From contig CAXXWX010000015.1 of the NCBI GenBank assembly GCA_963675745.2, positions 128,001-192,000 of the forward strand: DNA of 64,000 bases, given 5' to 3'. Source of the DNA: Phycisphaerae bacterium. GTDB lineage: Bacteria; Planctomycetota; Phycisphaerae; UBA1845; Fen-1342. Position numbers and translations under genes: made by a program. The notes below the pieces were generated by a model. It saw only the letters and a program-made list of their open reading frames with translations. It did not search any database and had not been told where the DNA came from. Below, piece by piece: positions 45,594 to 55,745 of the stretch; positions within the stretch are counted from its first letter, which is position 1; the number at the start of each line of letters is the position of its first letter.

Positions 45594-46481
45594 TCACGCG
45601 CCGGGTGTGTCCTCGGCGTCCGTCTCGACTGCTGGTGCGATGGGTGACGTCGTCCCGGGCGCCGGAGCGGGGGCGCTGTGCCGGCGCAGCAGCGGCGTGA
45701 TAATCCTGGCGACGAAGCGGGTGGCAACGCTGTCCGTGTGCCACCCGCGGTATCCCAAGCGGCCATACGCCCGGCGCCACGGCATGTTGCGCAAACGAGC
45801 GGCGTAGAGCGCATGGCTCTCCTTGTAGACGCCGGTCGGCACCACCAGTCCGTATAGCCCGGCCACGCCTCCGCCGTCGAATTCGCGATCGACTGAGCCG
45901 GTGAGCGGCACGAACGAGCGCAAAATCGGGTCGCTGGTCGAGTAGAAATTCCAGAGCTGGCCGTCAAGGCGTTCGAGCACGCCGGACAGGTCGTAGTCGC
46001 GTGAGAGACTGCTACCCAGGAACACGACGTGGTTGATGCGGTAGTTGTCCGGCAGACTGTCGACGGCCCAGGCGATGATCCCGGTTCCGGCGGACAGACC
46101 GATCAGACACACTGGCCGATCAGGGTACTCGTCGAGGTATGCGCGTATCTTGTTGGCAAGCCGTGCCGCTTCCTTCTTGTTGCGCGCGACGTCCACCTGG
46201 TCGCGCAGCGTGCCTCCCAGGACGCTCTGCCAGCCGAAGACCTCGATGGCGCCATCGTAGCCCCCCTTGCGCAGCCCGCGGGGAACGGAGGTCGTGCCCA
46301 CCGGACCGAACGGCCCGGCGCCGCCGACGTAAAAGGTCTTGCCGCATTCGGCTCCGCGCGGATCGCTGCCGGCCCGCGCGACCAGCCGGCAGCCGGACGT
46401 TGTGCCGCAGAGCACGACAATGAGCAGAGCGATGGTCAGGGCGAGCCGAATGCGTGTCCGGCCGGCGACCTGCGCTGGCAT
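45594..46481 (-). CDS. Alpha/beta-hydrolase-like lipoprotein
   Basis: Lipobox TSGC; GLSAG (GxSxG), YSTSDPIL, GWH. Confidence 0.72.
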   Translation of the reverse strand: MPAQVAGRTRIRLALTIALLIVVLCGTTSGCRLVARAGSDPRGAECGKTFYVGGAGPFGPVGTTSVPRGLRKGGYDGAIEVFGWQSVLGGTLRDQVDVARNKKEAARLANKIRAYLDEYPDRPVCLIGLSAGTGIIAWAVDSLPDNYRINHVVFLGSSLSRDYDLSGVLERLDGQLWNFYSTSDPILRSFVPLTGSVDREFDGGGVAGLYGLVVPTGVYKESHALYAARLRNMPWRRAYGRLGYRGWHTDSVATRFVARIITPLLRRHSAPAPAPGTTSPIAPAVETDAEDTPGA

Positions 46482-46555
46482 GAAACCCTCCTGTCGAACC
46501 GGCGGCCCCACCGACAAGGCACGAGCGGCGCTGCGTGGGGAGCAACGCGCCGGGC

Positions 46556-46957
46556 CTATTGCGCGACGTCGTTCAGCACATGATCTTCGACATAAATGGG
46601 CACGCCGCCCTCGCCGGCGACGCCGAGGGCGATCGCGTCCGACGGTCGACTGTCCACCTCGACGATGCCGCCTTGATGTCGAATGACCAGTTTTGCGTAG
46701 AAGGTGCTGTCGTGCAGATCGTTGATTACGATTTTCTCGAGATCGGCGCCCAACTGCCCGATGGTGTTGGCCAACAGGTCGTGCGTCATTGGGCGCGAGA
46801 GGCGCATGCCTTTGACGCGCCGATCGATGGCGAGAGCCTCGGTCAGGCCAATGACGATTGGCAGGGTGCGCGAACCGGTCCGCTCACGCAGGATGATCAG
46901 TTGGTGATCGCGCGTTTCCGAGATCACGATCGTTGCTAAGTCCATTCGGACTTCCAT
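46556..46957 (-). CDS. Bifunctional nuclease family protein (DUF151)
   Basis: LPIVIGLTEALAI, RPMTHDL, DSRPSDAIAL. Confidence 0.92.
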   Translation of the reverse strand: MEVRMDLATIVISETRDHQLIILRERTGSRTLPIVIGLTEALAIDRRVKGMRLSRPMTHDLLANTIGQLGADLEKIVINDLHDSTFYAKLVIRHQGGIVEVDSRPSDAIALGVAGEGGVPIYVEDHVLNDVAQ

Positions 46958-47139
46958 GGTTACCTCGCATTGTAATCACATGAGGCTATCCGGTGGCTGC
47001 CGCTCGTGCAAGGCTCGTGAAGGCACACGAAGCCGCCGGGCGTGACCGTTTCGAGTCACGGATGCCCACAAGACACAATCCGCATCGGCGTAAATCGAAG
47101 TTCGCGGCCTGTGGGTGCCGCTAACTCGCGCCCGGCGGC

Positions 47140-48924
47140 CTAGTTGTTGAGGAAGAGTCCGGGACCAAGCTCGGCGGCGCTGGCCAGGGCTGCGAGGGCC
47201 GGAGGCACCAGTTGGTCAGAACGGTTCGCGGCCGAGGGTGACGGGTCGCGCGCCGGCGGAACAGCCGCTGTCCCCAACCACCAGGGCAACTCAAAGCGGA
47301 GTCCGCTCATCAATCTGCCGCGGGGCTGGCTGTCAGATGTGTCACGCAGCTCTTCAGCGCACTGGGCGAAGCGATCCTGCTGTGCGAGGAACGCGTCGAC
47401 GATTCGCGAGTCAAACTGCCGATCACGCCCCGCCACGATGATATCCACGGCGGCGGCGTGCTCGAGGGAGTCTTTGTAGGGTCGCGCCGATCGGAGCGCA
47501 TCATACACGTCGGCGAGCGCAACAATGCGCGCCGCCAACGGGATCTGGTCGCCGCGCAGCCTCTCAGGATAACCCGTGCCATCGACGCGTTCGTGATGAT
47601 AGCGTGCGATGTCTTCCGCCATCTGGAGCATGTCAGATTCAGGCAAATCCGCCTGTGCGGCGCGCAGCGTGTCAGCGCCGATGATGGTATGGGTCTGCAT
47701 GACGCTCCGCTCGACAGCTTCGAGCGGTCCGGGCTTGAAAAGGATGGTATCGGGGATGCCGACCTTGCCGATGTCGTGCAACGCCGTGGTCCGCAGCAGA
47801 TTCTGGATGAAGTTGTCATTGATTACCGCGCCCAGGTCGCGGCGTTCGCGCAGCTTTTCGGCAAGCAGGCGCGCATAGGTTGTCACGCGGTCGATGTGGC
47901 GCCCGGTGTCGTCGTCACGCCGTTCCGTGAGCATGACCAGTGCCCTGACGAGAGTGTCGCGCGTCTGGTCGGCCCATGAGCGGGACATGACATGCTGGAT
48001 GGCCGACGCGGTCCGCATGCTCAACAACTCGAGGAATCGCAGGTCGCGCTCGCTGAAACGCGGTGTCGACGATGATGCGCGAGCGTACAACACTCCCAGG
48101 CAGTCCGGCTGCCCACCGCTGGCCGCGACGACCAGTGGAACATAGGCGGCCTGGGCATCGGCGGTGCCACCGGCATGCGCTTGGTCCCGCTCGTCGGCCA
48201 GCATCAGCACCCCGGTGCGGGCCACCTGAAAGGCGGTTTGATTGCACGCCGCAATGTGCGCCCCCCGCTGTCCGAACCGTTCACCGATGGTGGCGGCGAC
48301 CACCAGCTCCTCAACCGCACGGGGCTTGAGCAGGATCGCGGCCTGCACGCTGGCTGTCAGCCCGGTAGTGGCGCTGACGGCGTGTTCAAAGACGGTGTCG
48401 AGACCGGCGGCGGAATCCACCGCCGCGCATGTATCAACGAAGACCAGCAAGGCCTGGGCGAGTTCGGCCCGATGGTCGCTGGTCTGCTGCGCTGTCCGCC
48501 GGGCGCGCAACACACCGCGCAGCGATTGGACGCGCGTGCGCAGCTCGTACGGCGTCAGCGGATATGCCGCCACCTGGTCGGCCCCCGCACTGAGGGCCAC
48601 TTCGGCCCGGCCCCAGTCTTCCGCACGCTGTACCAGCAGGATCGCGACCTCCGCCGCGTAGAGATTCAGACGCAGCCGATGCATCAGCGCCTCGGCGTCC
48701 GCGTCAGGCAGCTCGGCGTCGGCCACAATGATGTCGGGCGTGTCATGCGACAGCAGCCGCATTGCCTCGGCGGCGCTCGCTGCCGCCAGCGTGCGATAGC
48801 CATCACGGTCGAGCGTGGCGCGCGCGAGCGCGCGCTGGTCGGCGTCGTTGCAGATCAACAACACCGTACACCACTCGACGTCCGTCGACGCGGCGATGAG
48901 CCCGGTTGGCCATGGCGTCTGCAT
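47140..48924 (-). CDS. Receiver-GAF-HD-GYP cyclic-di-nucleotide phosphodiesterase
   Basis: PDIIVAD receiver-like domain, GAF-like middle, LHDIGK, HHERVDGTGYP, ADVYDAL, RPYK. Confidence 0.88.
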   Translation of the reverse strand: MQTPWPTGLIAASTDVEWCTVLLICNDADQRALARATLDRDGYRTLAAASAAEAMRLLSHDTPDIIVADAELPDADAEALMHRLRLNLYAAEVAILLVQRAEDWGRAEVALSAGADQVAAYPLTPYELRTRVQSLRGVLRARRTAQQTSDHRAELAQALLVFVDTCAAVDSAAGLDTVFEHAVSATTGLTASVQAAILLKPRAVEELVVAATIGERFGQRGAHIAACNQTAFQVARTGVLMLADERDQAHAGGTADAQAAYVPLVVAASGGQPDCLGVLYARASSSTPRFSERDLRFLELLSMRTASAIQHVMSRSWADQTRDTLVRALVMLTERRDDDTGRHIDRVTTYARLLAEKLRERRDLGAVINDNFIQNLLRTTALHDIGKVGIPDTILFKPGPLEAVERSVMQTHTIIGADTLRAAQADLPESDMLQMAEDIARYHHERVDGTGYPERLRGDQIPLAARIVALADVYDALRSARPYKDSLEHAAAVDIIVAGRDRQFDSRIVDAFLAQQDRFAQCAEELRDTSDSQPRGRLMSGLRFELPWWLGTAAVPPARDPSPSAANRSDQLVPPALAALASAAELGPGLFLNN

Positions 48925-49486
48925 TCTGCGACCCTGGTTCGAGACGGTCGGCGGATTACCGATCCGCGCGGTCGCACCCACCGCCCCCCGGTATCTGGCT
49001 CTGCTGGGCGCTGGGATTAGCCGCGCCATACCGCGGCGCGGCACTCGCTGAATCGACAGAATCGCGGGGCGGCTCTAACTGTGTGGTCATGGGCAACGGC
49101 CGGCGTGCGCCACCTCGCCTGATAACGCCGGCGCGCGACAAAACAGGGGCTGCCCCCGCTGTGCAGCCGCCGGGTCGCATCACGTTCTCAGTGAAGTCGG
49201 ACACACGAAACATCGCAGGCGGGCACGCCCGCTAAGAGCGTGTGCTTCGACCGCCCATCGCCCAATCGTGTGGTCGCGCGAGGCTTGTCGGCCAGGGCAG
49301 GGTTTGATCGCCACGAGCCTGGCAGCGGGAGCCGGGACGGTTGCCCGGGCAGTGTTCGTCAGGCACCCGCCCCATGCGCGGGGCGCCGGTGCCCGGTAAT
49401 CCGCGCGTCAGGTGTTTCGGGGCGGGTCCGCGCCAGGTCCGGATTCAGCGGCCAGGCTCCCGATAAGCACAGACGCAGATAGACGA

Positions 49487-49519
49487 TCGCGGGGCCGACC
49501 GTAAAGGTCCGCCCCGCGA
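49487..49519. terminator. Hairpin downstream of sppA
   Basis: tcgcggggc-cgacc-gtaaa-ggtcc-gccccgcga, about 30 bp after the sppA stop. Confidence 0.5.
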
Positions 49520-49549
49520 GCGAAAATGTGCGTTGCCTGCAACCGACGG

Positions 49550-51382
49550 TTAGCGCACCTTGCCTGAGAATGGCAGGAAGCAGCCGACGTGTTCGCGCTG
49601 GATGATCATCATGTTCCGCCAGCCGTGCAGGAGTGAATCCACCCGGTCGCCCGCCAACTCCTTCAGCACCGGGAGCATCGCCCGCAGCATGGGGTCAGTT
49701 GTGGCCAGCGGGCGCATGCTGATCTCGAACTCGTCTTCGGTGTCCTCGTCAAAGAGCGTCATGAGCACGTCCATGAAGTCCTTCTCGCGTGGGAGCACAT
49801 GGATCGCGGGGTCGGCCAGCCCCGATCTCTCGGTCGCATAGGCGATAGCGTCGCTGAGCCCGCCGATCTTGTCGATCAGCCCGATCTCGAGTGCCTGTGT
49901 GCCGGTGTACACGCGGCCGCCGGCGAGCTTTTCGAGATCCCCCTTGATGCGCTCGCCACGGGACTCCATGACACGGCCCTTGAACGCCGCGTATATGTCG
50001 TCCAGCCACTGCTGCATGCGCACGCGTTCTTCGTCAGAGAACTTGTGGTTCATGCTGAACAGGGCGGCATTTTTGCCGCGCGTGAACTCGGTCGTCGTAA
50101 TGCCGATCTTCTCTTCCCAAAGCTGATTCCAGACCAGCTTTCCGCCGAATACGCCGATGGATCCCGTTATCGTCGTAGGCTGGGCGAAGATGACCTCTCC
50201 AGGGATGGCCACGTAGTATCCGCCGCTGGCGGCGACATTTCCCATGCTGACAATCAGCGGCTTCGATTCGCCGATCCGGGTGGCGGCGTCCCACATGATG
50301 TCACTGGCCAGGACCGACCCGCCCGGCGAGTTCACACGGATTACCACCGCCTTGATGTTGTCATCCTCGAGTGCCTCGGTGAGGGCGGCGCGAAGACTCG
50401 TGCTGCCGGCGGTCTGGCCGGACATGAACCCGCCCTGGCTCTTGCCCACCATAATGGCGCCTTCGATGTAGATCAGACCGATGCCCGGCTCAGGTTCCTC
50501 CTGGGCTTTCTCCATCAGATCCTGGAAAAGCTGGAAGATGGCAAACGGGTTCTCAAAGTCGACATCCAGGCCATCACTCTCGTCGAAGCTCTTGATGACC
50601 TTGACGTCGCTGCCGTACTCCTTCTTGATCAGGCGGCGAAACGCGGGGAAGCCGGAAACCTCGTCGACGAGCTTCAACTCGAGTGCCTTTTCGGATGTCA
50701 GCGGCGCGGCATCGATTGCCGCTGTGATTTCATCGGCCGTCAGACCGCGACCCTCGGCAAACATACGCACAAGCTGCTCGAACAGGCCGTCGAGGAGCCG
50801 GTTCATCTGTTCGGCGGCGTACTTGGTGGGTTCGGTGCGCGTATAGGGCTCGACCGCACTCTTGTAGTCGCCACAGTGCAGGATGTCCGCCTCAACGCCG
50901 ATCTTGTCAAACATGCCCTTGTAGTAGCTGATTTCGGCGCCGATGCCGGTGATGTCCAGCGCGCTTTTCGGCGCGAGCGTGATGTGATCGGCAGCCGTGG
51001 CAAGTGCATAGGCGCCGTTGCCCGCGTGATCGAGATACGCGTGTACGGGTTTGCCGGCCTTGCGGAAGTCCAGAACCGCCTGGCGCAGGTCTTCGACCTG
51101 GGCGAGGCCGAACTGGGGGGAATCGATGATCAGCACCAGGCCGGCCACCTCATCGCTCTCCGCCGCCTCGTGGATCATGTCCACCCACTGATACAGCGTG
51201 CGCGCCTTCTCGCCGCCAAACAGCACGGCCAGCTCGGCGTCCTCGCTGGGGGCCTCATTCACCGATCCTGTGACCCAGAGGCGCAGCACTGTCTTTTCGG
51301 CGACAGCCGGCGCGCCGGCGTATATGCCGCACAGAATGACTGCCACCGACCAGGCGAGCTGTTTGCTGATACTGGCTTTCAT
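49550..51382 (-). CDS. sppA: Signal peptide peptidase SppA (67K type)
   Basis: GDYKSAVEP, RVNSPGGS, SMGNVAASGGYY, TGSIGV, GGRVYTG. Confidence 0.93.
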   Translation of the reverse strand: MKASISKQLAWSVAVILCGIYAGAPAVAEKTVLRLWVTGSVNEAPSEDAELAVLFGGEKARTLYQWVDMIHEAAESDEVAGLVLIIDSPQFGLAQVEDLRQAVLDFRKAGKPVHAYLDHAGNGAYALATAADHITLAPKSALDITGIGAEISYYKGMFDKIGVEADILHCGDYKSAVEPYTRTEPTKYAAEQMNRLLDGLFEQLVRMFAEGRGLTADEITAAIDAAPLTSEKALELKLVDEVSGFPAFRRLIKKEYGSDVKVIKSFDESDGLDVDFENPFAIFQLFQDLMEKAQEEPEPGIGLIYIEGAIMVGKSQGGFMSGQTAGSTSLRAALTEALEDDNIKAVVIRVNSPGGSVLASDIMWDAATRIGESKPLIVSMGNVAASGGYYVAIPGEVIFAQPTTITGSIGVFGGKLVWNQLWEEKIGITTTEFTRGKNAALFSMNHKFSDEERVRMQQWLDDIYAAFKGRVMESRGERIKGDLEKLAGGRVYTGTQALEIGLIDKIGGLSDAIAYATERSGLADPAIHVLPREKDFMDVLMTLFDEDTEDEFEISMRPLATTDPMLRAMLPVLKELAGDRVDSLLHGWRNMMIIQREHVGCFLPFSGKVR

Positions 51383-51811
51383 GTCGTATCGCTCCTGTAT
51401 GTACACGTGCCCGAGGATGGGAAACTCTCAAGTGAATCTGCTGCGCACGGCCCGATGCTCGGGTCCCAACGTAACAACCGTGCGTATCGGGCGCAAGGCC
51501 GCCCCGCGCTGATGTATTCGCGGGAAGCACTGGAAAATGATGCTAACGCGACCTGAACGCATGTGAATTATAAACCCGTGCTTGTATCTATACTCGGCTG
51601 CGCGGCGACGGAAGCTGTCGCAAGTTGTATGGCGACATTCGCGGATGTATGGCACGCCGTTGCCGGCCGCGTCGCGCGTTCGGTCAATGGTCTTTCCCCG
51701 CGGTGGTGGTGCGCTCACTCCGTTGGCGGTAGATTGTGTGGAATTGTCGGCGATGCGACTGTCGCGGGGTGCGGTATTCGCAAGCCGGGTGACATTTCAA
51801 GGGAAGCTGCG

Positions 51812-53158
51812 ATGCAAATCGGAGTCGTGGGAAGCGGTTATGTCGGGCTGGTGACGGCCGCCTGTCTGGCGGACAGCGGGAATACCGTTGTGGCGGTGGA
51901 CACGGATGCCGAGAAAGTCGCGGCGCTGTCAGAAGCGCACTGCCCGATTTTCGAGCCCGGGCTCGAGGAGCTGATCCGCGCAAACATCCGCAGCGGACGC
52001 CTGCGCTTCACCACTGACTATCCAACCGCAGTCGCCGGCGCGGAAGTTGTGTTCCTGGCGGTGGGCACCCCACCACGGCCCGATGGTTCGGCTGATCTCT
52101 CGGCGATCGAGGCGGCCGCCACTTCGGTGGGCGAGTCGCTGACCGGCCCGGCGATCATCGTAAACAAGAGCACGGTCCCGGTGGGTACGGCGCGCCGTGT
52201 CGCCGACATCCTGGGCCGTCACACGACGCACCCGTTCAGCATCGTGAGTAATCCCGAGTTTCTTAAGGAAGGCAGCGCGCTCGACGACTTCCTGCGCCCC
52301 GACCGCGTCGTCATCGGTGCCGATGATCCCGAGGCCGGCGCCATCGTCGCCGAGCTGCACAAACCGTTCGTGCGCAACAACAAGCCGATTGTAGCCATGA
52401 GCGTGGCGGCGGCGGAGATGTCCAAATACGCGGCGAACGCATTCCTCTCGACGCGCATCAGCTTCATAAACGAGATCGCCGAAATCTGCGAGCGGCTGCA
52501 AATCGATGTCAACGAGGTCCGCCGCGGCATGGGCTCCGACGCGCGCATCGGGCACCACTTTCTTTACCCCGGCGTCGGGTATGGCGGCAGTTGTTTTCCG
52601 AAGGACGTGCAGGCCCTCGTCGCGATTGGTGACCAGGCCGACATCCCCTGTGACCTGCTGCGCGCGGTTCACACGCGCAACGTCCGCCAGCGTGAGCTGA
52701 TGATCGCGCGCGTACACGAGCGTTTGGGCAGCGATCTCAGCGGCCGGCGGCTCGCCGTCTGGGGAGTGTCATTCAAGCCCAAGACCGACGATATCCGCGA
52801 AGCGCCGGCCGTGTACGTGATGGATGCCCTGCTCGAATCCGGCGCTGAGGTCGTCGTGTACGACCCGGAAGCGCTGGATAATCTGCGCGCCGCGTACGGC
52901 GCGCGGCTCACCTATGCCGACGACGCCTATGCCGCGCTGCAAGGGGCTGATGCACTGCTGGTGATGACCGAGTGGAACGAATTCCGCAGCCCGGATTTTC
53001 GCCGTATGCGCCGCGACATGAAACAGCCGCTCATCCTCGACGGCCGCAATCTGTACGAGCTGGAGACGATGCGGCGTTACGAGTTTGAATACGTCAGTGT
53101 CGGCCGGCCGCCCGTGCGCCTGGCCGGAGTGGCTTCGGCGAACGTCGGCGGGAGTTGA
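51812..53158 (+). CDS. ugd: UDP-glucose 6-dehydrogenase
   Basis: GSGYVG, KSTVPVGT, NPEFLKEG, KYAANAF, GYGGSCFPKD, FKPKTDD. Confidence 0.95.
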   Translation: MQIGVVGSGYVGLVTAACLADSGNTVVAVDTDAEKVAALSEAHCPIFEPGLEELIRANIRSGRLRFTTDYPTAVAGAEVVFLAVGTPPRPDGSADLSAIEAAATSVGESLTGPAIIVNKSTVPVGTARRVADILGRHTTHPFSIVSNPEFLKEGSALDDFLRPDRVVIGADDPEAGAIVAELHKPFVRNNKPIVAMSVAAAEMSKYAANAFLSTRISFINEIAEICERLQIDVNEVRRGMGSDARIGHHFLYPGVGYGGSCFPKDVQALVAIGDQADIPCDLLRAVHTRNVRQRELMIARVHERLGSDLSGRRLAVWGVSFKPKTDDIREAPAVYVMDALLESGAEVVVYDPEALDNLRAAYGARLTYADDAYAALQGADALLVMTEWNEFRSPDFRRMRRDMKQPLILDGRNLYELETMRRYEFEYVSVGRPPVRLAGVASANVGGS

Positions 53159-53165
53159 TGCGGCT

Positions 53166-53972
53166 TTACGACTCGCGGTAGTCGGCCCAGGTCTTCGGTG
53201 TTTCGTAGACGCGGACGTTGTACAGCTTTGCGGGGGCAAACGCTCCGACGAGCAGATCCCACACGACGCGCGCGATGTTCTCAACCGTCGGATTCACTTG
53301 GCGAAACTCGGCGGCGTCCGTGTTCAGGTGCTTGTGATCCAAGCGGTCAATCACACGATCGCGGACCAGCTCCTCGAAACGCGGTAGCGCCACGACGGCG
53401 CCGCTTGCCGAATCGAGTGTGCCCGTGACGCTTACCTCGACTACATAGTTGTGCCCGTGGCCGTGGGGATTATTGCACTTGCCGAAGAACCCGCGGTTCT
53501 CAGCGTCGCTCATTGACGCGCAGTGCAGCCGATGTGATGCCGAAAACTCGAATTGCTGAGTAACGCGGACCATCTCCGGTTCCTCCTGCCTGATCGTGTA
53601 GCACAGAAACGGCGTTGCCAGCAACTCGACCTGTTCGAGCCCGACATGTGCGGGCGCGTGAGCAGCTACCAGCGCCCAAATCTCCTGCAGCAGACGCTCG
53701 GCGGACATACGCCAGCCGTGGCGCCGCAGTTGGCCGGCGGTCAGCGGAATCGCGTGTGCCCGCACAACGTCATCAAGCGCGCTGATGTTGCAGAGCATAC
53801 CCGTCCGTGCGTCCGGATTCCCGGAGATGGTCACGCGCAGACGCAGATAGGGGACAAGCCCCACCGCGCTGGGCCAGCCACCCCAGGAGTTGGTGATCGG
53901 CCGAGCCGGATCCACGTGTCCGGCCCAGTCGCGATCCACGGAAAACCGCACTTCGCGTGTGAGTCGAATCAT
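53166..53972 (-). CDS. queD: Two-domain 6-carboxytetrahydropterin synthase (QueD/PTPS family)
   Basis: C-terminal domain FSASHRLH, CNNPHGHGHNY, LDHKHLN, PTVENIA, VYETP; N-terminal T-fold-like domain lacks these His residues. Confidence 0.85.
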   Translation of the reverse strand: MIRLTREVRFSVDRDWAGHVDPARPITNSWGGWPSAVGLVPYLRLRVTISGNPDARTGMLCNISALDDVVRAHAIPLTAGQLRRHGWRMSAERLLQEIWALVAAHAPAHVGLEQVELLATPFLCYTIRQEEPEMVRVTQQFEFSASHRLHCASMSDAENRGFFGKCNNPHGHGHNYVVEVSVTGTLDSASGAVVALPRFEELVRDRVIDRLDHKHLNTDAAEFRQVNPTVENIARVVWDLLVGAFAPAKLYNVRVYETPKTWADYRES

Positions 53973-54139
53973 ATGCGGATTGTAGCGGCCCGGTTGCTCC
54001 ACCGCCCGGTCGGCTTGTTGCCCTGCTGCCTGGCGGCCTTGGGCCCCTACCGGCCCGGCCTTCCTTGTCGCCGTGGTTGCAGCAGCTAGAATCACTTTGT
54101 CGCGGCCCAGCGAATCGTCGATCCACACGAGCCCGGAAT

Positions 54140-54976
54140 ATGACGCTGCCCTACGATTATGTCGATGCGAAGCTGCACGAGCGGCGTGAGCGGGTCTTCC
54201 TGATCCTCGCCGGGCTGTTCCTGGGCACGTTGGCGATGCTGAATATTCTGGGCATCAGCCGGTTTATCAAGCTGTACGACGCGGGGATCGAGGTCGCCGG
54301 CGTGCCGTTGGTGTTTGCCGTTGCGATCGGCGTGCTGCCCTATCCGATCACGTTTCTCTGCACGGACTTCATCTCGGAGTTCTTTGGGCGCCGCCGGGCC
54401 GCACAGGTCGTCTGGGTGGGCTTGTTGCTGAATCTGTGGGTTATTCTGGTGCTGTGGATCGGCGGTCAGATGCCCGGTTTTGTGGCCAACGACCCGGTGA
54501 CCGGTATGCCGCCGTTGCCGCAATTCGATACCACAAAGGGAGCGTACATCGAGACAGGCTGGACCTTTTACCAGGTGCGCAACCTGGCATTCGGTGCCGT
54601 GACGGCTTCGATGATCGCCTATTTGGCCGCCCAGTTTGTGGATGTGTATGTCTTTCATTTCTGGAAACGTGTCACACGCGGTCGGCACCTGTGGCTGCGA
54701 AACAACGGCTCAACACTGGTATCGCAGATGGTCGACACAACGGCCGTCATTCTCATCACGCACTTCTACGCCCACGCGCTGCCAATCCGGCCCGACAAGC
54801 CGCTTTGGCCGCAGCTTGCCCTTTTCATTGCCTCGGGGTACGCGTTCAAGCTGGTGGTGGCGCTTTTGGACACGATTCCTTTCTATGTCGGCTCTTACTA
54901 TCTCCGCAAATACCTTAAGATCGACCCGCTACGCGAACATCGCGTCGACGGCGAGAGCACCTGTGGACCAGGCTGA
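54140..54976 (+). CDS. yhhQ: Queuosine precursor transporter (YhhQ/VUT family)
   Basis: YPITFLCTDFISEFFG, ASMIAYLAAQFVDV, LWLRNNGSTLVSQMVDT, ALLDT. Confidence 0.9.
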   Translation: MTLPYDYVDAKLHERRERVFLILAGLFLGTLAMLNILGISRFIKLYDAGIEVAGVPLVFAVAIGVLPYPITFLCTDFISEFFGRRRAAQVVWVGLLLNLWVILVLWIGGQMPGFVANDPVTGMPPLPQFDTTKGAYIETGWTFYQVRNLAFGAVTASMIAYLAAQFVDVYVFHFWKRVTRGRHLWLRNNGSTLVSQMVDTTAVILITHFYAHALPIRPDKPLWPQLALFIASGYAFKLVVALLDTIPFYVGSYYLRKYLKIDPLREHRVDGESTCGPG

Positions 54977-54988
54977 CGGGAGCAACAC

Positions 54989-55687
54989 ATGGATAGCAGA
55001 ACGGCGCTCATCACCGGCGGTAGCCGCGGCATCGGCCTGGCCATCGCACTGCGTTTCGCCAAGACCGGTCAGAACATCGTCATCGCCGCGCGAAATGCCA
55101 GCGCGCTGCAGGAGGCGGCGGCACAGATTCGGGAAGCGGGCGCGGCGTGTGAGGCCACCGCGGCGGATGTGGGCAGCCCGATGGACGCCGCGCGCATCCT
55201 CGACACGGCCATCAAGCGTTTCGGACGCATCGACATTCTGGTGAACAACGCCGGCTACGCGCCGGACGTGCCGGTCACGGAGATGACCGACGATAGCTTC
55301 CGCAGCACGATCGCGGCCAACATCGACGCCCCGTTTTACCTGACGCGCGGCGTGTGGCCGATCATGCAACAGCAAGGTGGCGGCGTGATTGTGAATATCT
55401 CGTCGATGGCGTCGGTGGATCCATTCCCGGGTTTCGCCGTCTACGGCGCCAGCAAGGCCTGGGTGAACGTGTTTACGAAAGCCACGGCGGAGGCGGGCAA
55501 GAAGGTCGGCATCCGGGTCTACGCCATCGCTCCGGGCGCGACGGAAACGGAGATGCTCCGCGGCGCGTTCCCCGATTTCCCGCCGGAGAAATGTCTGCGC
55601 CCTGACGACATCGCGGCCGCGGTCGAAGCCGTCTGCGACGATCGCCTGGCCCACAGTGTCGGCCAGACGATATTCGTGCAGAAGTAA
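54989..55687 (+). CDS. SDR-family oxidoreductase
   Basis: TGGSRGIG, NNAG, NISS, YGASK. Confidence 0.95.
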   Translation: MDSRTALITGGSRGIGLAIALRFAKTGQNIVIAARNASALQEAAAQIREAGAACEATAADVGSPMDAARILDTAIKRFGRIDILVNNAGYAPDVPVTEMTDDSFRSTIAANIDAPFYLTRGVWPIMQQQGGGVIVNISSMASVDPFPGFAVYGASKAWVNVFTKATAEAGKKVGIRVYAIAPGATETEMLRGAFPDFPPEKCLRPDDIAAAVEAVCDDRLAHSVGQTIFVQK

Positions 55688-55745
55688 GCGACTTGACTTC
55701 GCCCAGCAGGACCGTCACGCCATCGAGCAGAATCGGGGTCCGTAT

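Noticed and set aside
48925..49549. c-di-GMP riboswitch or small ORF upstream of the HD-GYP gene
   Set aside because: No GEMM-like motif found; the short ORFs lack an RBS and protein-like composition.
49799..51556. 585-aa plus-strand ORF (similarly 20727-22286, 34362-35684, 38714-40054 and 12451-13869)
   Set aside because: Antisense shadow ORFs of well-supported genes, expected in high-GC DNA; no motifs.
53973..54139. preQ1 riboswitch between queD and yhhQ
   Set aside because: No short stem with the A-rich 3' tail typical of preQ1-I.
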